Of a DNA stretch of 64,000 bases, positions 1-12,100 are shown piece after piece (within the stretch, counting starts at the first letter, position 1; every line of letters starts with the position of its first letter). The notes under the pieces were generated by a model. That model saw only the letters and a program-made list of their open reading frames with translations. It made no database searches and was not told where the DNA came from. Position numbers and translations under genes: made by a program. Origin of the DNA: Auanema rhodensis (taxonomy: Eukaryota > Animalia > Nematoda); contig CAXKVF010000077.1 in NCBI GenBank assembly GCA_964057225.1, forward strand, positions 186,001 to 250,000, written 5' to 3'.

Positions 1-176
1 TTTCAAAGTCATGGTTACCATGCACCAATATCAATAAAAATTTGTTTTTAGACTAATATGGACATGGGGAATCTAATTTTGAAAACCGCATCTCTTTATC
101 TTTCACGTGAAGCGAGTTACATACCAAGTGCACATCACGTGTACATTTAATTAGCATAAGTTAAAGTTCACGTAAA
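1..176 (+). repeat. Representative monomer (consensus except A160G)
   Basis: Compared directly with downstream copies, e.g. 4753-4928 and 5281-5456, which are pure consensus. Confidence 0.97.
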
Positions 177-528
177 TTTCAAAGTCATGGTTACCATGCA
201 CCAATATCAATAAAAATTTGTTTTTAAACTAATATGGACATGGGGAATCTAATTTTGAAAACCGCATCTCTTTATCTTTCACGTGAAGCGAGTTACATAC
301 CAAGTGCACATCACGTGTACATTTAATTAGCATAAATTAAAGTTCACGTAAATTTCAAAGTCATGGTTACCATGCACCAATATCAATAAAAATTTGTTTT
401 TAGACTAATATGGACATGGGGAATCTAATTTTGAAAACCGCATCTCTTTAACTTTCACGTGAAGCGAGTTACATACCAAGTGCACATCACGTGTACATTT
501 AATTAGCATAAATTAAAGTTCACGTAAA

Positions 529-3168
529 TTTCAAAGTCATGGTTACCATGCACCAATATCAATAAAAATTTGTTTTTAGACTAATATGGACATGGGGAAT
601 CTAATTTTGAAAACCGCATCTATTTATCTTTCACGTGAAGCGAGTTACATACCAAGTGCACATCACGTGTACATTTAATTAGCATAAATTAAAGTTCACG
701 TAAATTTCAAAGTCATGGTTATCATGAACCAATATCAATAAAAATTTGTTTTTAGACTAATATGGACATGGGGAATCTAATTTTGAAAACCGCATCTCTT
801 TATCTTTCACGTGAAGCGAGTTACATACCGAGTGCACATCACGTGTACATTTAATTAGCATAAATTAAAGTTCACGTAAATTTCAAAGTCATGGTTATCA
901 TGAACCAATATCAATAAAAATTTGTTTTTAGACTAATATGGACATGGGGAATCTAATTTTGAAAACCGCATCTCTTTAACTTTCACGTGAAGCGAGTTAC
1001 ATACCAAGTGCACATCACGTGTACATTTAATTAGCATAAATTAAAGTTCACGTAAATTTCAAAGTCATGGTTACCATGCACCAATATCAATAAAAATTTG
1101 TTTTTAGACTAATATGGACATGGGGAATCTAATTTTGAAAACCGCATCTCTTTATCTTTCACGTGAAGCGAGTTACAAACCAAGTGCACATCACGTGTAC
1201 ATTTAATTAGCATAAATTAAAGTTCACGTAAATTTCAAAGTCATGGTTACCATGAACCAATATCAATAAAAATTTGTTTTTAGACTAATATGGACATGGG
1301 GAATCTAATTTTGAAAACCGCATCTCTTTATCTTTCACGTGAAGCGAGTTACATACCAAGTGCACATCACGTGTACATTTAATTAGCATAAATTAAAGTT
1401 CACGTAAATTTCAAAGTCATGGTTACCATGAACCAATATCAATAAAAATTTGTTTTTAGACTAATATGGACATGGGGAATCTAATTTTGAAAACCGCATC
1501 TCTTTATCTTTCACGTGAAGCGAGTTACATACCAAGTGCACATCACGTGTACATTTAATTAGCATAAATTAAAGTTCACGTAAATTTCAAAGTCATGGTT
1601 ACCATGAACCAATATCAATAAAAATTTGTTTTTAGACTAATATGGACATGGGGAATCTAATTTTGAAAACCGCATCTCTTTATCTTTCACGTGAAGCGAG
1701 TTACATACCAAGTGCACATCACGTGTACATTTAATTAGCATAAATTAAAGTTCACGTAAATTTCAAAGTCATGGTTACCATGAACCAATATCAATAAAAA
1801 TTTGTTTTTAGACTAATATGGACATGGGGAATCTAATTTTGAAAACCGCATCTCTTTATCTTTCACGTGAAGCGAGTTACATACCAAGTGCACATCACGT
1901 GTACATTTAATTAGCATAAATTAAAGTTCACGTAAATTTCAAAGTCATGGTTACCATGCACCAATATCAATAAAAATTTGTTTTTAGACTAATATGGACA
2001 TGGGGAATCTAATTTTGAAAACCGCATCTATTTATCTTTCACGTGAAGCGAGTTACATACCAAGTGCACATCACGTGTACATTTAATTAGCATAAATTAA
2101 AGTTCACGTAAATTTCAAAGTCATGGTTATCATGAACCAATATCAATAAAAATTTGTTTTTAGACTAATATGGACATGGGGAATCTAATTTTGAAAACCG
2201 CATCTCTTTATCTTTCACGTGAAGCGAGTTACATACCAAGTGCACATCACGTGTACATTTAATTAGCATAAATTAAAGTTCACGTAAATTTCAAAGTCAT
2301 GGTTATCATGAACCAATATCAATAAAAATTTGTTTTTAGACTAATATGGACATGGGGAATCTAATTTTGAAAACCGCATCTCTTTAACTTTCACGTGAAG
2401 CGAGTTACATACCAAGTGCACATCACGTGTACATTTAATTAGCATAAATTAAAGTTCACGTAAATTTCAAAGTCATGGTTACCATGCACCAATATCAATA
2501 AAAATTTGTTTTTAGACTAATATGGACATGGGGAATCTAATTTTGAAAACCGCATCTCTTTATCTTTCACGTGAAGCGAGTTACATACCAAGTGCACATC
2601 ACGTGTACATTTAATTAGCATAAATTAAAGTTCACGTAAATTTCAAAGTCATGGTTACCATGAACCAATATCAATAAAAATTTGTTTTTAGACTAATATG
2701 GACATGGGGAATCTAATTTTGAAAACCGCATCTCTTTATCTTTCACGTGAAGCGAGTTACATACCAAGTGCACATCACGTGTACATTTAATTAGCATAAA
2801 TTAAAGTTCACGTAAATTTCAAAGTCATGGTTACCATGAACCAATATCAATAAAAATTTGTTTTTAGACTAATATGGACATGGGGAATCTAATTTTGAAA
2901 ACCGCATCTCTTTATCTTTCACGTGAAGCGAGTTACATACCAAGTGCACATCACGTGTACATTTAATTAGCATAAATTAAAGTTCACGTAAATTTCAAAG
3001 TCATGGTTACCATGAACCAATATCAATAAAAATTTGTTTTTAGACTAATATGGACATGGGGAATCTAATTTTGAAAACCGCATCTCTTTATCTTTCACGT
3101 GAAGCGAGTTACATACCAAGTGCACATCACGTGTACATTTAATTAGCATAAGTTAAAGTTCACGTAAA
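529..3168 (+). repeat. 8-monomer (1408-bp) block duplication
   Basis: The series C94A / C18T+C23A / C18T+C23A+T99A / C23 / A23 / A23 / A23 starts at 529 and again at 1937. Confidence 0.85.
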
Positions 3169-6100
3169 TTTCAAAGTCATGGTTACCATGCACCAATATC
3201 AATAAAAATTTGTTTTTAAACTAATATGGACATGGGGAATCTAATTTTGAAAACCGCATCTCTTTATCTTTCACGTGAAGCGAGTTACATACCAAGTGCA
3301 CATCACGTGTACATTTAATTAGCATAAATTAAAGTTCACGTAAATTTCAAAGTCATGGTTACCATGCACCAATATCAATAAAAATTTGTTTTTAGACTAA
3401 TATGGACATGGGGAATCTAATTTTGAAAACCGCATCTCTTCATCTTTCACGTGAAGCGAGTTACATACCAAGTGCACATCACGTGTACATTTAATTAGCA
3501 TAAATTAAAGTTCACGTAAATTTCAAAGTCATGGTTACCATGCACCAATATCAATAAAAATTTGTTTTTAGACTAATATGGACATGGGGAATCTAATTTT
3601 GAAAATCGCATCTCTTTAACTTTCACGTGAAGCGAGTTACATACCAAGTGCACATCACGTGTACATTTAATTAGCATAAATTAAAGTTCACGTAAATTTC
3701 AAAGTCATGGTTACCATGAACCAATATCAATAAAAATTTGTTTTTAGACTAATATGGACATGGGGAATCTAATTTTGAAAACCGCATCTCTTTATCTTTC
3801 ACGTGAAGCGAGTTACATACCAAATGCACATCACGTGTACATTTAATTAGCATAAATTAAAGTTCACGTAACTTTCAAAGTCATGGTTACCATGCACCAA
3901 TATCAATAAAAATTTGTTTTTAGACTAATATGGACATGGGGAATCTAATTTTGAAAACCGCATCTCTTTATCTTTCACGTGAAGCGAGTTACATACCAAG
4001 TGCACATCACGTGTACATTTAATTAGCATAAGTTAAAGTTCACGTAAATTTCAAAGTCATGGTTACCATGCACCAATATCAATAAAAATTTGTTTTTAAA
4101 CTAATATGGACATGGGGAATCTAATTTTGAAAACCGCATCTCTTTATCTTTCACGTGAAGCGAGTTACATACCAAGTGCACATCACGTGTACATTTAATT
4201 AGCATAAATTAAAGTTCACGTAAATTTCAAAGTCATGGTTACCATGCACCAATATCAATAAAAATTTGTTTTTAGACTAATATGGACATGGGGAATCTAA
4301 TTTTGAAAACCGCATCTCTTCATCTTTCACGTGAAGCGAGTTACATACCAAGTGCACATCACGTGTACATTTAATTAGCATAAATTAAAGTTCACGTAAA
4401 TTTCAAAGTCATGGTTACCATGCACCAATATCAATAAAAATTTGTTTTTAGACTAATATGGACATGGGGAATCTAATTTTGAAAATCGCATCTCTTTAAC
4501 TTTCACGTGAAGCGAGTTACATACCAAGTGCACATCACGTGTACATTTAATTAGCATAAATTAAAGTTCACGTAAATTTCAAAGTCATGGTTACCATGAA
4601 CCAATATCAATAAAAATTTGTTTTTAGACTAATATGGACATGGGGAATCTAATTTTGAAAACCGCATCTCTTTATCTTTCACGTGAAGCGAGTTACATAC
4701 CAAATGCACATCACGTGTACATTTAATTAGCATAAATTAAAGTTCACGTAACTTTCAAAGTCATGGTTACCATGCACCAATATCAATAAAAATTTGTTTT
4801 TAGACTAATATGGACATGGGGAATCTAATTTTGAAAACCGCATCTCTTTATCTTTCACGTGAAGCGAGTTACATACCAAGTGCACATCACGTGTACATTT
4901 AATTAGCATAAATTAAAGTTCACGTAAATTTCAAAGTCATGGTTACCATGCACCAATATCAATAAAAATTTGTTTTTAGACTAATATGGACATGGGGAAT
5001 CTAATTTTGAAAATCGCATCTCTTTAACTTTCACGTGAAGCGAGTTACATACCAAGTGCACATCACGTGTACATTTAATTAGCATAAATTAAAGTTCACG
5101 TAAATTTCAAAGTCATGGTTACCATGAACCAATATCAATAAAAATTTGTTTTTAGACTAATATGGACATGGGGAATCTAATTTTGAAAACCGCATCTCTT
5201 TATCTTTCACGTGAAGCGAGTTACATACCAAATGCACATCACGTGTACATTTAATTAGCATAAATTAAAGTTCACGTAACTTTCAAAGTCATGGTTACCA
5301 TGCACCAATATCAATAAAAATTTGTTTTTAGACTAATATGGACATGGGGAATCTAATTTTGAAAACCGCATCTCTTTATCTTTCACGTGAAGCGAGTTAC
5401 ATACCAAGTGCACATCACGTGTACATTTAATTAGCATAAATTAAAGTTCACGTAAATTTCAAAGTCATGGTTACCATGCACCAATATCAATAAAAATTTG
5501 TTTTTAGACTAATATGGACATGGGGAATCTAATTTTGAAAACCGCATCTCTTTATCTTTCACGTGAAGCGAGTTACATACCAAATGCACATCACGTGTAC
5601 ATTTAATTAGCATAAATTAAAGTTCACGTAACTTTCAAAGTCATGGTTACCATGCACCAATATCAATAAAAATTTGTTTTTAGACTAATATGGACATGGG
5701 GAATCTAATTTTGAAAACCGCATCTCTTTATCTTTCACGTGAAGCGAGTTACATACCAAGTGCACATCACGTGTACATTTAATTAGCATAAGTTAAAGTT
5801 CACGTAAATTTCAAAGTCATGGTTACCATGCACCAATATCAATAAAAATTTGTTTTTAAACTAATATGGACATGGGGAATCTAATTTTGAAAACCGCATC
5901 TCTTTATCTTTCACGTGAAGCGAGTTACATACCAAGTGCACATCACGTGTACATTTAATTAGCATAAATTAAAGTTCACGTAAATTTCAAAGTCATGGTT
6001 ACCATGCACCAATATCAATAAAAATTTGTTTTTAGACTAATATGGACATGGGGAATCTAATTTTGAAAACCGCATCTCTTCATCTTTCACGTGAAGCGAG

Positions 6101-9100
6101 TTACATACCAAGTGCACATCACGTGTACATTTAATTAGCATAAATTAAAGTTCACGTAAATTTCAAAGTCATGGTTACCATGCACCAATATCAATAAAAA
6201 TTTGTTTTTAGACTAATATGGACATGGGGAATCTAATTTTGAAAATCGCATCTCTTTAACTTTCACGTGAAGCGAGTTACATACCAAGTGCACATCACGT
6301 GTACATTTAATTAGCATAAATTAAAGTTCACGTAAATTTCAAAGTCATGGTTACCATGAACCAATATCAATAAAAATTTGTTTTTAGACTAATATGGACA
6401 TGGGGAATCTAATTTTGAAAACCGCATCTCTTTATCTTTCACGTGAAGCGAGTTACATACCAAATGCACATCACGTGTACATTTAATTAGCATAAATTAA
6501 AGTTCACGTAACTTTCAAAGTCATGGTTACCATGCACCAATATCAATAAAAATTTGTTTTTAGACTAATATGGACATGGGGAATCTAATTTTGAAAACCG
6601 CATCTCTTTATCTTTCACGTGAAGCGAGTTACATACCAAGTGCACATCACGTGTACATTTAATTAGCATAAATTAAAGTTCACGTAAATTTCAAAGTCAT
6701 GGTTACCATGCACCAATATCAATAAAAATTTGTTTTTAGACTAATATGGACATGGGGAATCTAATTTTGAAAATCGCATCTCTTTAACTTTCACGTGAAG
6801 CGAGTTACATACCAAGTGCACATCACGTGTACATTTAATTAGCATAAATTAAAGTTCACGTAAATTTCAAAGTCATGGTTACCATGAACCAATATCAATA
6901 AAAATTTGTTTTTAGACTAATATGGACATGGGGAATCTAATTTTGAAAACCGCATCTCTTTATCTTTCACGTGAAGCGAGTTACATACCAAATGCACATC
7001 ACGTGTACATTTAATTAGCATAAATTAAAGTTCACGTAACTTTCAAAGTCATGGTTACCATGCACCAATATCAATAAAAATTTGTTTTTAGACTAATATG
7101 GACATGGGGAATCTAATTTTGAAAACCGCATCTCTTTATCTTTCACGTGAAGCGAGTTACATACCAAGTGCACATCACGTGTACATTTAATTAGCATAAA
7201 TTAAAGTTCACGTAAATTTCAAAGTCATGGTTACCATGCACCAATATCAATAAAAATTTGTTTTTAGACTAATATGGACATGGGGAATCTAATTTTGAAA
7301 ACCGCATCTCTTCATCTTTCACGTGAAGCGAGTTACATACCAAGTGCACATCACGTGTACATTTAATTAGCATAAATTAAAGTTCACGTAAATTTCAAAG
7401 TCATGGTTACCATGCACCAATATCAATAAAAATTTGTTTTTAGACTAATATGGACATGGGGAATCTAATTTTGAAAATCGCATCTCTTTAACTTTCACGT
7501 GAAGCGAGTTACATACCAAGTGCACATCACGTGTACATTTAATTAGCATAAATTAAAGTTCACGTAAATTTCAAAGTCATGGTTACCATGAACCAATATC
7601 AATAAAAATTTGTTTTTAGACTAATATGGACATGGGGAATCTAATTTTGAAAACCGCATCTCTTTATCTTTCACGTGAAGCGAGTTACATACCAAATGCA
7701 CATCACGTGTACATTTAATTAGCATAAATTAAAGTTCACGTAACTTTCAAAGTCATGGTTACCATGCACCAATATCAATAAAAATTTGTTTTTAGACTAA
7801 TATGGACATGGGGAATCTAATTTTGAAAACCGCATCTCTTTATCTTTCACGTGAAGCGAGTTACATACCAAGTGCACATCACGTGTACATTTAATTAGCA
7901 TAAATTAAAGTTCACGTAAATTTCAAAGTCATGGTTACCATGCACCAATATCAATAAAAATTTGTTTTTAGACTAATATGGACATGGGGAATCTAATTTT
8001 GAAAATCGCATCTCTTTAACTTTCACGTGAAGCGAGTTACATACCAAGTGCACATCACGTGTACATTTAATTAGCATAAATTAAAGTTCACGTAAATTTC
8101 AAAGTCATGGTTACCATGAACCAATATCAATAAAAATTTGTTTTTAGACTAATATGGACATGGGGAATCTAATTTTGAAAACCGCATCTCTTTATCTTTC
8201 ACGTGAAGCGAGTTACATACCAAATGCACATCACGTGTACATTTAATTAGCATAAATTAAAGTTCACGTAACTTTCAAAGTCATGGTTACCATGCACCAA
8301 TATCAATAAAAATTTGTTTTTAGACTAATATGGACATGGGGAATCTAATTTTGAAAACCGCATCTCTTTATCTTTCACGTGAAGCGAGTTACATACCAAG
8401 TGCACATCACGTGTACATTTAATTAGCATAAATTAAAGTTCACGTAAATTTCAAAGTCATGGTTACCATGAACCAATATCAATAAAAATTTGTTTTTAGA
8501 CTAATATGGACATGGGGAATCTAATTTTGAAAACCGCATCTCTTTATCTTTCACGTGAAGCGAGTTACATACCAAGTGCACATCACGTGTACATTTAATT
8601 AGCATAAATTAAAGTTCACGTAAATTTCAAAGTCATGGTTACCATGCACCAATATCAATAAAAATTTGTTTTTAGACTAATATGGACATGGGGAATCTAA
8701 TTTTGAAAACCGCATCTCTTCATCTTTCACGTGAAGCGAGTTACATACCAAGTGCACATCACGTGTACATTTAATTAGCATAAATTAAAGTTCACGTAAA
8801 TTTCAAAGTCATGGTTACCATGCACCAATATCAATAAAAATTTGTTTTTAGACTAATATGGACATGGGGAATCTAATTTTGAAAACCGCATCTCTTTAAC
8901 TTTCACGTGAAGCGAGTTACATACCAAGTGCACATCACGTGTACATTTAATTAGCATAAAGTAAAGTTCACGTAAATTTCAAAGTCATGGTTACCATGCA
9001 CCAATATCAATAAAAATTTGTTTTTAGACTAATATGGACATGGGGAATCTAATTTTGAAAACCGCATCTCTTTATCTTTCACGTGAAGCGAGTTACATAC

Positions 9101-12100
9101 CAAATGCACATCACGTGTACATTTAATTAGCATAAATTAAAGTTCACGTAACTTTCAAAGTCATGGTTACCATGCACCAATATCAATAAAAATTTGTTTT
9201 TAGACTAATATGGACATGGGGAATCTAATTGTGAAAACCGCATCTCTTTATCTTTCACGTGAAGCGAGTTACATACCAAGTGCACATCACGTGTACATTT
9301 AATTAGCATAAATTAAAGTTCACGTAAATTTCAAAGTCATGGTTACCATGCACCAATATCAATAAAAATTTGTTTTTAGACTAATATGGACATGGGGAAT
9401 CTAATTTTGAAAACCGCATCTCTTCATCTTTCACGTGAAGCGAGTTACATACCAAGTGCACATCACGTGTACATTTAATTAGCATAAATTAAAGTTCACG
9501 TAAATTTCAAAGTCATGGTTACCATGCACCAATATCAATAAAAATTTGTTTTTAGACTAATATGGACATGGGGAATCTAATTTTGAAAACCGCATCTCTT
9601 TATCTTTCACGTGAAGCGAGTTACATACCAAGTGCACATCACGTGTACATTTAATTAGCATAAGTTAAAGTTCACGTAAATTTCAAAGTCATGGTTACCA
9701 TGCACCAATATCAATAAAAATTTGTTTTTAAACTAATATGGACATGGGGAATCTAATTTTGAAAACCGCATCTCTTTATCTTTCACGTGAAGCGAGTTAC
9801 ATACCAAGTGCACATCACGTGTACATTTAATTAGCATAAATTAAAGTTCACGTAAATTTCAAAGTCATGGTTACCATGCACCAATATCAATAAAAATTTG
9901 TTTTTAGACTAATATGGACATGGGGAATCTAATTTTGAAAACCGCATCTCTTTAACTTTCACGTGAAGCGAGTTACATACCAAGTGCACATCACGTGTAC
10001 ATTTAATTAGCATAAATTAAAGTTCACGTAAATTTCAAAGTCATGGTTACCATGCACCAATATCAATAAAAATTTGTTTTTAGACTAATATGGACATGGG
10101 GAATCTAATTTTGAAAACCGCATCTCTTCATCTTTCACGTGAAGCGAGTTACATACCAAGTGCACATCACGTGTACATTTAATTAGCATAAATTAAAGTT
10201 CACGTAAATTTCAAAGTCATGGTTACCATGCACCAATATCAATAAAAATTTGTTTTTAGACTAATATGGACATGGGGAATCTAATTTTGAAAATCGCATC
10301 TCTTTAACTTTCACGTGAAGCGAGTTACATACCAAGTGCACATCACGTGTACATTTAATTAGCATAAATTAAAGTTCACGTAAATTTCAAAGTCATGGTT
10401 ACCATGCACCAATATCAATAAAAATTTGTTTTTAGACTAATATGGACATGGGGAATCTAATTTTGAAAACCGCATCTCTTCATCTTTCACGTGAAGCGAG
10501 TTACATACCAAGTGCACATCACGTGTACATTTAATTAGCATAAATTAAAGTTCACGTAAATTTCAAAGTCATGGTTACCATGCACCAATATCAATAAAAA
10601 TTTGTTTTTAGACTAATATGGACATGGGGAATCTAATTTTGAAAATCGCATCTCTTTAACTTTCACGTGAAGCGAGTTACATACCAAGTGCACATCACGT
10701 GTACATTTAATTAGCATAAATTAAAGTTCACGTAAATTTCAAAGTCATGGTTACCATGAACCAATATCAATAAAAATTTGTTTTTAGACTAATATGGACA
10801 TGGGGAATCTAATTTTGAAAACCGCATCTCTTTATCTTTCACGTGAAGCGAGTTACATACCAAATGCACATCACGTGTACATTTAATTAGCATAAATTAA
10901 AGTTCACGTAACTTTCAAAGTCATGGTTACCATGCACCAATATCAATAAAAATTTGTTTTTAGACTAATATGGACATGGGGAATCTAATTTTGAAAACCG
11001 CATCTCTTTATCTTTCACGTGAAGCGAGTTACATACCAAGTGCACATCACGTGTACATTTAATTAGCATAAATTAAAGTTCACGTAAATTTCAAAGTCAT
11101 GGTTACCATGCACCAATATCAATAAAAATTTGTTTTTAGACTAATATGGACATGGGGAATCTAATTTTGAAAATCGCATCTCTTTAACTTTCACGTGAAG
11201 CGAGTTACATACCAAGTGCACATCACGTGTACATTTAATTAGCATAAATTAAAGTTCACGTAAATTTCAAAGTCATGGTTACCATGAACCAATATCAATA
11301 AAAATTTGTTTTTAGACTAATATGGACATGGGGAATCTAATTTTGAAAACCGCATCTCTTTATCTTTCACGTGAAGCGAGTTACATACCAAATGCACATC
11401 ACGTGTACATTTAATTAGCATAAATTAAAGTTCACGTAACTTTCAAAGTCATGGTTACCATGCACCAATATCAATAAAAATTTGTTTTTAGACTAATATG
11501 GACATGGGGAATCTAATTTTGAAAACCGCATCTCTTTATCTTTCACGTGAAGCGAGTTACATACCAAGTGCACATCACGTGTACATTTAATTAGCATAAA
11601 TTAAAGTTCACGTAAATTTCAAAGTCATGGTTACCATGAACCAATATCAATAAAAATTTGTTTTTAGACTAATATGGACATGGGGAATCTAATTTTGAAA
11701 ACCGCATCTCTTTATCTTTCACGTGAAGCGAGTTACATACCAAGTGCACATCACGTGTACATTTAATTAGCATAAATTAAAGTTCACGTAAATTTCAAAG
11801 TCATGGTTACCATGCACCAATATCAATAAAAATTTGTTTTTAGACTAATATGGACATGGGGAATCTAATTTTGAAAACCGCATCTCTTCATCTTTCACGT
11901 GAAGCGAGTTACATACCAAGTGCACATCACGTGTACATTTAATTAGCATAAATTAAAGTTCACGTAAATTTCAAAGTCATGGTTACCATGCACCAATATC
12001 AATAAAAATTTGTTTTTAGACTAATATGGACATGGGGAATCTAATTTTGAAAACCGCATCTCTTTAACTTTCACGTGAAGCGAGTTACATACCAAGTGCA

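Noticed and set aside
33-38. AATAAA polyadenylation signal and other AT-rich promoter-like words
   Set aside because: These are expected by chance at 68% AT, and there is no associated gene.
58-150. 30-codon ORF in each monomer (MDMGNLILKTASLYLSREASYIPSAHHVYI*)
   Set aside because: The length is expected by chance, it has no recognisable domain, stops such as C125T-independent TAA at 148-150 close it in each unit, and no reading frame runs through successive monomers.
1-176. Tandem 5S rRNA, tRNA, snRNA or spliced-leader gene array
   Set aside because: I recognise no 5S or tRNA sequence, no pol III A/B/C boxes and no cloverleaf, and the GC content is low. An Rfam/Infernal scan would settle it.
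1-176. Identity with human alpha satellite, Arabidopsis CEN178 or Brassica 176-bp CentBr
   Set aside because: Only the length is similar. The sequence does not resemble those consensuses as I recall them (e.g. no HindIII AAGCTT site). Species assignment needs BLAST.
134-176. Budding-yeast-type point centromere (CDEI-CDEII-CDEIII)
   Set aside because: The CDEI match is not followed by an ~80-bp tract of more than 90% AT or a proper CDEIII, and point centromeres are single copy.
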